Assembly (NCBI GenBank): GCA_964594835.1
Contig: CAZQNA010000005.1
Span: 21,319 to 85,318, forward strand
Direction of reading: 5' to 3'
Source: an uncultured Nitrososphaerota archaeon
Lineage (GTDB): Archaea > Korarchaeota > Korarchaeia > Korarchaeales > Korarchaeaceae
Length of the DNA: 64,000 bases
Part shown: positions 38,264-46,052 of the stretch, piece by piece
Position numbering within the stretch: the stretch's first letter is position 1
Layout of the letters: every line of letters starts with the position of its first letter
Made by a program: the position numbers and the translations under genes
The notes under the pieces: generated by a model
The model's database searches: none
Seen by the model: the letters and a program-made list of their open reading frames with translations, nothing else
Told to the model about the DNA's origin: nothing

Positions 38264-39650
38264 CCCCCCTGAGGAGCGCCCTGACCTCCGGCATGACGTC
38301 GTCCCTGAGCCACTCCCACATTATCTCCCGCCTGAGGGACCTGTGGGTCGGGTAAGACCCGGGCTCGAGCCTCATCGCCTCGAGCGCCCTCTCGACCCCG
38401 CCCCCCGAGGAGGCCACCCTCAGGAGGACCTCGATCCTCGGGGAGTCAACAAGCAGGACGCCGGACTCCCTGGCCTCCTCCAGGGCCTCGTCATCGAGGT
38501 CTTCCATCCTCCCCACGAAGAAGAGCGCGGGGGTGACCTTCAGCCCGGTCGCGTACGAGAGGTCCTCCGCCCTCGAGCCCAGGATGGCCACCTTCTCCGG
38601 CCTCGGCGGGGCGACCGTGCACTCGACCAGCAGGACCCCCTCCCCGGCGACGGCCACCACGTCGGGCGAGTCGGAGGGCATGTACCCGAGCCAGACTGGG
38701 TCGAACCCCAGGACGTAGAGCAGGGAGAACACCGCGAACTCGAAGTTCCTCCCGTCCATGCCGTCCGCCTGCCTGAGCCAAGTCCTCAGCCTCCTGAGAC
38801 CCCTGTCGAAGTGGCTGTAGACGGCCATCCGGGGCCCCGAGAGTATCCTCCTCGGGATCAGCGGCGCCTCGTCCACGGGCGTCCCGTCGAGGGTCAGGAC
38901 CGCCGACCCGCCGAGGGAGCCGGCGAGCTCGACCGTGGCCTTGGACCTCACCAGAGAGCCCACCCTCGCCGTCTCCCTCAACTCTATCCCTTCCCTCGCC
39001 TCCTCGGCAGCCTCCCCCCTCAGCGCCGGGAGGAGGGATATCCTGTCGGAGAGCTCCTCGTGGTGGATGACCGTGACGACGGCCCCCCTCCCGTGTAGCT
39101 TGACGTCGGATATCCCGGCGAATATGGGCAGGAGAAACCTGAAGTAGCCCCTCCCCGGCGTCCAGGCCGGGACCCCCTCGGGCAGGGTAACCTCCTGCCT
39201 CACAAGCGAGTCGAGGTCTTCGTAGGCCCTCCCCTCCAGGACGAGGGGTCCGACCTCCTCCGGGGGCCTCGCCGAGGTCGAGATCTCTCCGACGGCCAGG
39301 GGAAAGGGAAACGCCCACACCTCAGCCTCCAGCCAGGGGGGCCTCCGAGACGCGCTCGCGTCCATGGGCCTGAGGCCCACCCTGGCGCCCGCCACGCTCA
39401 TCACCCCGGAGGCCGCGGACTCCATCAGCCCCTCCAACACCCCGGGGCCCGTGACCTCCTTGATCAGGACCAGGGACTCCCCCAGCCTGACCTTCTCCCT
39501 CCTCCTAGCCTTCTTGGAGGGCAGCGGGAGGGCCCTGCCGGTGATCAGCTCTAGGGACGACCCCCTCCTCGAGGCGAGCAGCCTGACGTCGAGGGCCAGG
39601 TAGGTCTCCTCCAGGCTGTCCATCAGCGAGTGGAGGTCACTCCAGTTCAA
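38232..39650 (-). CDS. Hypothetical protein with C-terminal PD-(D/E)XK/Mrr-like nuclease domain
   Basis: 'NFEFAVFSLLYVLGF...SPDVVA.....LLVECT'; TTG at 39650 follows GAGGGAG. Confidence 0.65.
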   Translation of the reverse strand: MNWSDLHSLMDSLEETYLALDVRLLASRRGSSLELITGRALPLPSKKARRREKVRLGESLVLIKEVTGPGVLEGLMESAASGVMSVAGARVGLRPMDASASRRPPWLEAEVWAFPFPLAVGEISTSARPPEEVGPLVLEGRAYEDLDSLVRQEVTLPEGVPAWTPGRGYFRFLLPIFAGISDVKLHGRGAVVTVIHHEELSDRISLLPALRGEAAEEAREGIELRETARVGSLVRSKATVELAGSLGGSAVLTLDGTPVDEAPLIPRRILSGPRMAVYSHFDRGLRRLRTWLRQADGMDGRNFEFAVFSLLYVLGFDPVWLGYMPSDSPDVVAVAGEGVLLVECTVAPPRPEKVAILGSRAEDLSYATGLKVTPALFFVGRMEDLDDEALEEARESGVLLVDSPRIEVLLRVASSGGGVERALEAMRLEPGSYPTHRSLRREIMWEWLRDDVMPEVRALLRGVSRRRASGTS

Positions 39651-40248
39651 GCGCTCCCTCAAGTCCCATTCCCCGCGACAAACGGGAGGCAAGCTTCACG
39701 TCCTCCTCCAGGAGGGGCCTCAGCCTGGGGTTGTAGAGGCAGGCCGCGGGGTGGACCGTGGGCACCACCGTGACCTCGAGACCCAGGATCTCGACTCGTC
39801 GGGGCCTACCCCTGGTCGCCATGATGGACCTGAACGGGAGCCCCGCCCAAGAGAACACCAGGGACGTGCTGTGCCTCCCCAGGGTCAGGATGACCCTCGG
39901 GGATATAACCCTAACCTGAGCCTCCAGGTAGGGGGAGCAGGCCCGCACCTCCTCGGGCCTGGGGTCTCGATTGTTCGGCGGCCTGCACTTCACCACGTTG
40001 GTGATGAAGACGTCTTCCCTCGCGAGTCCCGCCCGAGAGAGGGTCTCGTCCAGGATCTTCCCGGCCTGTCCCACGAAGGGCCTGCCGAGCTCGTCCTCCA
40101 TCCTCCCGGGGGCCTCTCCTATCAGCATCAGCCTGGCCCTGGGATTCCCTTCCCCGGGAACTGGATTCTTCCTGAGCCGGTGGAGGTCGCAGAGCCTGCA
40201 AGCCGCTATCCTCTCGGCGATCTCCTCCAGGGTCTGGGGATCCCCCAT
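39637..40248 (-). CDS. udg: Uracil-DNA glycosylase family 4 (Fe-S)
   Basis: 'C..C.L', 'IGEAPG..ED..GRPFVG', 'TNVVKCRPP.NRDP', 'HPAA.L'. Confidence 0.95.
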   Translation of the reverse strand: MGDPQTLEEIAERIAACRLCDLHRLRKNPVPGEGNPRARLMLIGEAPGRMEDELGRPFVGQAGKILDETLSRAGLAREDVFITNVVKCRPPNNRDPRPEEVRACSPYLEAQVRVISPRVILTLGRHSTSLVFSWAGLPFRSIMATRGRPRRVEILGLEVTVVPTVHPAACLYNPRLRPLLEEDVKLASRLSRGMGLEGALELE

Positions 40249-40362
40249 TCGCTTTCAGGACTCTCCCTCGCGGTAGCCAGCTTAATATCGTACCTGGTGG
40301 AGAGAGGCCCGATCGATTCGATCGCCCAAACGCTGTCGCCGAGGTACAGGGGAGGTCCGCAC

Positions 40363-41151
40363 TTGAGGGTTGCCACGCTCAGGGACATCAGGCGCGCGCT
40401 CGACGACGTTCGCATCGTCGTGGAGGTGGTCGACGCCCGCGCCCCCGACGTCACGAGGCACGTCAGGCTCGAGGAGATGACTTCGCAGGCGGGAAAGAGG
40501 CTTCTGGTCGTGTTGAACAAGTCGGACCTCGTGCCGGAAGAAGTCCTCTGGGGCTGGGTGGACGCGCTGAGGGCCGAGGGGCTCAGGGTGCTCCCCGCGA
40601 GCGCCGCGAAGAGGTTGGGCACGCTGAGGCTGAGGAGGGAGTTGGCCCGTCTCGCCCCCGAGAGGCCCTCTCGGGTGCTCGTCGTGGGCTTTCCCAAGGT
40701 GGGGAAGAGCTCGATCATCAACGTGCTCAAGGGGAGGAGATCGGCCAGCGTGAGCGCCGTCCCCGGAAGTTCAGGATACACGAGGCACTTTCAGCTCTTT
40801 AGGATAGGGGGCGGGCTCTACCTAGTGGACTCCCCCGGGGTACTCCCCCCGGAGGGGACCCCCCTGGAGATGGTGCTGAGGGGCGCCAAGCCCGAGGCCC
40901 TTCGGAATCCCGTGGAGGCCGCCGCTGCCCTCCTCGCGGACGTGATGGAGAGGATCCCCGGAGAGGTGTCCAGGGTCTACGGGGTGAGGGAGGGTGATCC
41001 GGCGGAGGTCCTCGCGGAGATAGCCAGGAGGAGGAACCTGGTGTTCTCAAGTACCGGGGAGCCCAACCTGACGGAGGCCGCCAGGCAGGTGGTCAGGGAC
41101 TACCACCTCCAGAGGATCAGGTACTACCGGGCGCCTCCAACATCGTCGTGA
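40363..41151 (+). CDS. Circularly permuted GTPase (RbgA/YlqF family)
   Basis: 'EVVDARAP', G4 NKSD precedes G1 GFPKVGKSS, G3 DSPG; TTG at 40363 follows GGAGGT. Confidence 0.9.
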   Translation: MRVATLRDIRRALDDVRIVVEVVDARAPDVTRHVRLEEMTSQAGKRLLVVLNKSDLVPEEVLWGWVDALRAEGLRVLPASAAKRLGTLRLRRELARLAPERPSRVLVVGFPKVGKSSIINVLKGRRSASVSAVPGSSGYTRHFQLFRIGGGLYLVDSPGVLPPEGTPLEMVLRGAKPEALRNPVEAAAALLADVMERIPGEVSRVYGVREGDPAEVLAEIARRRNLVFSSTGEPNLTEAARQVVRDYHLQRIRYYRAPPTSS

Positions 41152-41318
41152 TTCGTCGACTGAAGGGGCGCCTCCGCCCTAGGCTCTGACCTTTGAACGT
41201 GACTCGAAGATGCTGAACCGGAGCGACACCTCGTGTAAAATGGGCCGAAGGGCTCCAGAGCGGAGGAAACGCATGCTAACTTAAAAGCAGAAAGCAGGGA
41301 AGGAGAAGCGCGTATAGA

Positions 41319-41708
41319 ATGTGGAGGCTCGTCTCCACTTCGAAATTCCGAAAGAGGCTCAGCAAACTTGACCCTTCGGTGATCAGGGATATTTTGAGGA
41401 ATATTGAGGAGTCTGGGTTGGAGCGTGACCCCCAGGTTGGGAAGAGGCTGAAGGGCTCCTTTCCGGTAGACACCCCGATGGGCCGAGTTGAGGTTCCAGT
41501 CTGGGAGCTGAAGGTTGGTCCCAGAAGGGCCTACAGGATATTTTACATGTTTAGCGAGCGCGATAACACCATCTACCTGTTGGACATCCGACACAGGAAG
41601 AGGGGGTTCAAGGGAATGAGATTCAGGGTTCCCTCAGCCCTCTTCGGGCTTCTTGAGTTTCTCCGCCTCCTCTTCCGTCAGCTTTCCCTCTTTGACCAAC
41701 TCGTCTAG
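41319..41708 (+). CDS. RelE/ParE-family toxin
   Basis: 'F.K.L.KL', 'DPQVGKRLKG', 'WELKVG...YRIFY', 'LLDIRHRK'; lower GC than flanks. Confidence 0.82.
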   Translation: MWRLVSTSKFRKRLSKLDPSVIRDILRNIEESGLERDPQVGKRLKGSFPVDTPMGRVEVPVWELKVGPRRAYRIFYMFSERDNTIYLLDIRHRKRGFKGMRFRVPSALFGLLEFLRLLFRQLSLFDQLV

Positions 41709-41858
41709 AAGCTCGTTGAAACTCACCGTCCTGCCCATTATAACGTCCATTATAGCTTCCTTGATGGATTCCACATCTTCTGGGGTCAGCTCGTCCGCCT
41801 CTGGATTGCCCTCGTAGCTTACCGTGATGTTGGGCTTCACCTTGGCCTTGGTGGGCAT
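41634..41858 (-). CDS. Putative antitoxin (acidic, archaeal RelB-like)
   Basis: 74 aa, 'ELTPEDVESIKEAIMDVIMGRTVSFNEL'; TATA-like CTTAAATT ~27 nt upstream. Confidence 0.65.
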   Translation of the reverse strand: MPTKAKVKPNITVSYEGNPEADELTPEDVESIKEAIMDVIMGRTVSFNELLDELVKEGKLTEEEAEKLKKPEEG

Positions 41859-41934
41859 TGTCCAACAGTTAGTCGGTCTCCAAGAATTTAAGCGTGGACT
41901 CCCGACATCCTGAGAGCCAAGCTCGACGGACGCA

Positions 41935-43719
41935 TCACTTCTCATCTGAAAGGACCCTTAGTTGCTCCCTGTACATCTCAACGATCTCCTTCTCGGTGGT
42001 CGCGTCCTGAGGCGACTTGTCGTCCCTCCACCTACCGGTGAACCTCGGGAACCTGATGGCCAGACCCGCGTCCGCCTTCACCTTGCCCCAGGCGCACGTG
42101 TGCACCGGGCTCAGCGTGATCTCGTCTCCTATGACCTCCAGGACCTTGGCCGGGACGAACCAGACGTCGGCCTCTATGTTGCTGACCACGCTGGGGTGCC
42201 TGTGATCGATCACGTACTCCCTGAAGATCTCCGGGAGCTGGGCGAGCTGCTCGTCCGTGAAGCCCGTGCCCATCTTGCAGACCGTCTTGAAGGCGTCGGT
42301 CTCCGGGTCATACACCGCGAGGAGCAGGGCGCCGTACGTCCCCGCCCTCTTGCCCCTGCCCCAGAACGCCCCCACCGCCACCAGGTCGACGGGCTCTATC
42401 ATCTTGCTGACGTAGCTTCTCTTGTACTTCACCCAGCTCCAGCCCCTGACGCCCGCCTGGTACCTCGAGGACGGGTCCTTGATCATCAGGCCCTCGGTGC
42501 CCCTCTCGACGGCCAGCTCGAGCCTCTTCTCAAGCTCGTCCGCGGTCCACTCCCTGATCCACCCCTCGGCCAGCCTCACGCGGTCGCTCTCCTCTATCAC
42601 GTGCTCCAGGAGCTTCCTCCTCTCCTCCAGCGGCCTGTCGATCAGCTCCTCCCCGTTCAGGTAGAGGAGATCGAAGAGGAACAGGACGACGGGGTACTTC
42701 TCCATCATCTCCTCAACGCCGTACTTGCGCCTGCGGTGCATCAGCTCTTGGAACGGGTAAAGCTCTCCCGTGTCCGGGTTGAAGGCGACGCCCTCGCCGT
42801 CCAGTATGGCGCTCTCCCCCTTGAAGGCCTCTCGCACCCCCTCCCTGACATCCGGGTAGGGGTGAGTGATGTTCTCGAGCCTCCTGGAGAATATCTCCAC
42901 CCGGCCGTCTGGCCAGACGTGGATCTGCATCCTCTCCCCGTCGTACTTCATCTCGGCCAGGAACCTGGAACCCATCTTCTCGAGGATCTCCGACGCCTCT
43001 CTGAGCCTCTGGGCCAGCATTGGCCTTATCGGCACGCCCAGCGTGACCTTGATCTCCTCCAGGCCGGCCTCTCCCCTCTCAGCGAGCACCCTGGCTATCC
43101 TCCCTATGTCGGGGTAGGTGTTGTACTTGCGCTCCAGGACGTCCCTCCTCTGCCTCCCGCCCAGGAAGGCCTCCGCCAGGGCGTCCAGGATGGTCATGTC
43201 CCTCACTCCCAGCCTGAGCCTCTCAGTCACGATCCTCATGATGTACCTGGCCTCGAGGGGCTCGGCGTCGGCGAGCAGGCCGGCGAGGGTCTTCAGCTTG
43301 ATGTCCTGAGAGCTCGGCCCCGTGGTCTTGGCTATCTTGACCAGGGCGTTGAATACCCTGTTTACGGTGAGCTCCTCCTTCAGGAAGGCCAGGACGCTCC
43401 GGTTCTGGATGGCCCACTCCGCCACGAGGCCTATGTCCCCAAGCTCCTTGTACTTGGCCGTCACCTTCCCCTCTGCGATCCCGCTCACCATCGCGACGGC
43501 CCTCAGGGCGAGCTTCTCCCCTATCCCCAGCTCAAGGTCCACGAACTCCGGGGCTATCCTTCCCAGGGTGAGGTAAGCGACCTTGTCGATCGCCTCGGCG
43601 GGGGTCTCGGCGAAGAGGTCCCTGAGGAGGGCTATCATGTCGAGCCTGCCCGACGTGGACTCGAGCTTGTAGTAGCACTCGGCGAGGACGCTGAAGGGCA
43701 GATCTCCCTCCCCGGACAT
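41935..43719 (-). CDS. lig: ATP-dependent DNA ligase
   Basis: Adenylation motif KYDGER, 'FDLLYLNG', 'EGLMIK', 'WVKYK', 'RFPRF...RDDK'. Confidence 0.97.
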   Translation of the reverse strand: MSGEGDLPFSVLAECYYKLESTSGRLDMIALLRDLFAETPAEAIDKVAYLTLGRIAPEFVDLELGIGEKLALRAVAMVSGIAEGKVTAKYKELGDIGLVAEWAIQNRSVLAFLKEELTVNRVFNALVKIAKTTGPSSQDIKLKTLAGLLADAEPLEARYIMRIVTERLRLGVRDMTILDALAEAFLGGRQRRDVLERKYNTYPDIGRIARVLAERGEAGLEEIKVTLGVPIRPMLAQRLREASEILEKMGSRFLAEMKYDGERMQIHVWPDGRVEIFSRRLENITHPYPDVREGVREAFKGESAILDGEGVAFNPDTGELYPFQELMHRRRKYGVEEMMEKYPVVLFLFDLLYLNGEELIDRPLEERRKLLEHVIEESDRVRLAEGWIREWTADELEKRLELAVERGTEGLMIKDPSSRYQAGVRGWSWVKYKRSYVSKMIEPVDLVAVGAFWGRGKRAGTYGALLLAVYDPETDAFKTVCKMGTGFTDEQLAQLPEIFREYVIDHRHPSVVSNIEADVWFVPAKVLEVIGDEITLSPVHTCAWGKVKADAGLAIRFPRFTGRWRDDKSPQDATTEKEIVEMYREQLRVLSDEK

Positions 43720-43720
43720 C

Positions 43721-44056
43721 TCACTCCACTCCTATCCTCCTGAACTGGGGCCTCTTTATCGGAGCCTCGACCACCAGCATGCCGGACCTCATGGTCGCCC
43801 TGGCCCCCTCGGGGTCGACCTCGACCGGCAGCCTGATGAGCTTCCTGTAGGTCACGGGCTGACCGCCCACGCTGGCCCTCGCCTCTAGGAAGACCGCGTC
43901 CTCCCGCACCAGGAGGTTCACATCCTCCTTCCTGGCTCCGGGCAAGTCCACCACGACCTTCACCGCGTCCCTCTCCACGAACACGTCAGATATCGGCTCC
44001 ACCGGCCCCCTGACGGAGTAGACGGCCCACCTGACCTCCCTGTAGTACCACCCCAT
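43721..44056 (-). CDS. Small heat shock protein (Hsp20)
   Basis: 'EPISDVF', 'VVDLPGARKEDV', 'YRKLIRLPVEVDP..A.A.M.SG.L.V'; ATG at 44056. Confidence 0.88.
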   Translation of the reverse strand: MGWYYREVRWAVYSVRGPVEPISDVFVERDAVKVVVDLPGARKEDVNLLVREDAVFLEARASVGGQPVTYRKLIRLPVEVDPEGARATMRSGMLVVEAPIKRPQFRRIGVE

Positions 44057-44070
44057 TCCCACCACCCCCC

Positions 44071-44802
44071 TCAGGCAATGTAGGGGACTGCGGCCTTGGC
44101 CTCCTCGCCCCTCGCCATGACCTGGCTGGTCTGCTCCATCAGATCCTTGAGCTTGAGCCTTATCGCCTCCGACTTCGCCTCGAGTTCTCCCAGGTCCACC
44201 TCCCCCACGAATGGCCCCATGGACCTGATGGCCTCGGCCGCGGCCCCCGGGTCGGGGTACTTCAGGAAGGACTGGACCATGAGGGCCATGGCGGGGATAC
44301 CCCTCCTCTTGGCGGCCCACAGGAAGACCACCGGGTAGCCCGAGAGCAGCCCGTCGCCGAGCCTCGTGGCCTGTACGTCCTTGGCGGCCTGGCTCGCGTC
44401 CTCGCCGTTGAAGACCACGAACACCTCGGGCTTCTGGATCTCCATCCTGGACTGCTCCGGCACGCCGCCCACGAACACGGCCATCCTGGGCCTCTTCTCC
44501 ATGGCCCAGTTCATCACCCCCTCCACCACGGACACGAAGGCGTCGGGCAGAAGGGGGACGTCGGACTTCACAACGTAAACGCCTCCCCCGGAGTACACGC
44601 GGACCGGGGGTACCAGGACGCCGTCCCTGACGACGGCCACAGAGGGGAGGGCCGGCACATCCACTACCCCTCCCTCCTCCAGGTTCAGCTTCTCGATCAG
44701 GTAGTCCGCCGCTATGATCCCGACGAGTCCCGGGCCCGGAATGCCCAGCACCACCACGGGGTTGCTCTGACGCGGTCCCCACTCCTTAACGACCGCGCTC
44801 AT
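44071..44802 (-). CDS. Proteasome assembly chaperone family (PAC2/PbaA-like)
   Basis: 'GIPGPGLVGIIAADYLI', 'PPVRVY', 'YPDPGAAA', 'VDLGELE..SE.I'. Confidence 0.88.
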   Translation of the reverse strand: MSAVVKEWGPRQSNPVVVLGIPGPGLVGIIAADYLIEKLNLEEGGVVDVPALPSVAVVRDGVLVPPVRVYSGGGVYVVKSDVPLLPDAFVSVVEGVMNWAMEKRPRMAVFVGGVPEQSRMEIQKPEVFVVFNGEDASQAAKDVQATRLGDGLLSGYPVVFLWAAKRRGIPAMALMVQSFLKYPDPGAAAEAIRSMGPFVGEVDLGELEAKSEAIRLKLKDLMEQTSQVMARGEEAKAAVPYIA

Positions 44803-45106
44803 CCTCTACCCCAGTCACCGACCCGGGCAGCCCGTAAAAACGCGACCCCAGGGAGAGCCCCCTCAGGAGGGAGCTGAGCAGGGCCGTCGGGGAGGTGGCC
44901 TCCTCGAAGCGCGAGGTCATCTCCCTCCTGAGTTCCTCCGGAATGCCTCCCCTCTTCAGGGTCTTCCTGAATCCCGAGCACATCCGCCTGTAGCCCAGGC
45001 CCGCGCTGATGGCCAGCACCGGGGCGTACAGCGCCACGAGGGCGAGCGACCTCGCGAGCGTGAGCGCGACGCTGGAAGCCGCCCTCAGGCTAGCTCCCCT
45101 GCCCAT
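44786..45106 (-). CDS. Hypothetical protein (paralog of upstream gene) with N-terminal hydrophobic segment
   Basis: 'FRKTLKRGGIPEELRREMTSRF'; in operon. Confidence 0.65.
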   Translation of the reverse strand: MGRGASLRAASSVALTLARSLALVALYAPVLAISAGLGYRRMCSGFRKTLKRGGIPEELRREMTSRFEEATSPTALLSSLLRGLSLGSRFYGLPGSVTGVEDERGR

Positions 45107-45112
45107 GCTCCC

Positions 45113-45460
45113 TCATTCCTCTTCCTCTTCGTGCCCCTCCTCTTCCTCTGAGATCTCCCTCCTGATCGTCCCCACGATCTCCCTGACCAGGCGGTCGAGT
45201 ATCATGCTCCTGTCGAAGAACTCCATTGTCATCTTGTTCACCATCTCCTCGGGCATCCCGGACTCCCTGAGCTTCCTGTAGAACGTGGCCACGCTGTCCC
45301 CCACCCTCTCCCCCAGGTCCTTGGAGTACAGGGCGTCGAGGACCTTCTTAACCAGCTCGGGTAGCCTGTCCAGGAACTCCGAAACGGCGGACAGCACTTC
45401 CCTGAGCTCCTCCACGTCGCTCCTCTCCTCATCCCAATCGACGTCTATCACCGACATCAC
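45113..45460 (-). CDS. Conserved-looking acidic helical hypothetical protein
   Basis: 'VATFYRKLRESGMPEEMVNKMTMEF'; GTGA overlap with upstream HTH gene. Confidence 0.75.
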   Translation of the reverse strand: MMSVIDVDWDEERSDVEELREVLSAVSEFLDRLPELVKKVLDALYSKDLGERVGDSVATFYRKLRESGMPEEMVNKMTMEFFDRSMILDRLVREIVGTIRREISEEEEGHEEEEE

Positions 45461-45972
45461 CCCGAGTCACTACTGTCTGGGCCACTACTATATCCTTCCT
45501 GCTCACCCGTGAGCGCACCGGACAGCTCATACCTCCTCCCCTTGCCGCCCGGGAGCCTCCTCACGACCCCCAGATCCTCGAGCATCCTCAGTCTCTGGGC
45601 GATTATCCTCCTGGAGGCCGATCCCCTTATCCTCCTGAGTTCCCTCGTGAGTTCGGAGATGTTCATCGGGCCCCTCACCGCCAGGACCTCTATCACGTCC
45701 CTGGCGATGTCGTCTATCACGCCGGCCTGGGTGAGGAGCCTCTGGGCCTGAAGGGCCGTCGCTATGCGGTCGACGCTCGCCCTGTGCAGGCCGACTATCT
45801 TCATGTAGAGGAGCACTATCGCCCTGGCCTCGGGATCCCCCTCCAGGAGCTTCTCTATCGTGGCCAGCCTCTTCTCGACCGCCCTTATCTCCCTCTCAAT
45901 CCTCATAAGCCGATCCAGCAGGCCGTGCCTCTCTCCGGCCCCTCTCTCCTCCCCAGGCTGCCGCGGCGGCAA
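45457..45972 (-). CDS. Coiled-coil plus winged-helix (ArsR-like) transcriptional regulator
   Basis: 'GPMNISELTRELRRIRGSASRRIIAQRLRMLEDLGVV'; TTG at 45972 follows GAGGGG. Confidence 0.8.
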   Translation of the reverse strand: MPPRQPGEERGAGERHGLLDRLMRIEREIRAVEKRLATIEKLLEGDPEARAIVLLYMKIVGLHRASVDRIATALQAQRLLTQAGVIDDIARDVIEVLAVRGPMNISELTRELRRIRGSASRRIIAQRLRMLEDLGVVRRLPGGKGRRYELSGALTGEQEGYSSGPDSSDSG

Positions 45973-45993
45973 TGCCCCCTCCCCACGCAGAGA

Positions 45994-46034
45994 GGTATAT
46001 CGGTATAACGTATAACAGAGGGGTCGAATAAAAA
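45994..46034 (-). promoter_or_regulatory. TATA box plus three tandem GTATA(A/T) repeats (candidate operator)
   Basis: Minus-strand TTTTTATT at 46034-46027; plus-strand GGTATATC-GGTATAAC-GTATAAC at 45994-46016. Confidence 0.55.
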
Positions 46035-46052
46035 GTGTGCGGTGGGGGCGCC

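Noticed and set aside
41962-43743. 593-aa plus-strand ORF
   Set aside because: Antisense shadow of DNA ligase caused by GC-rich codon bias
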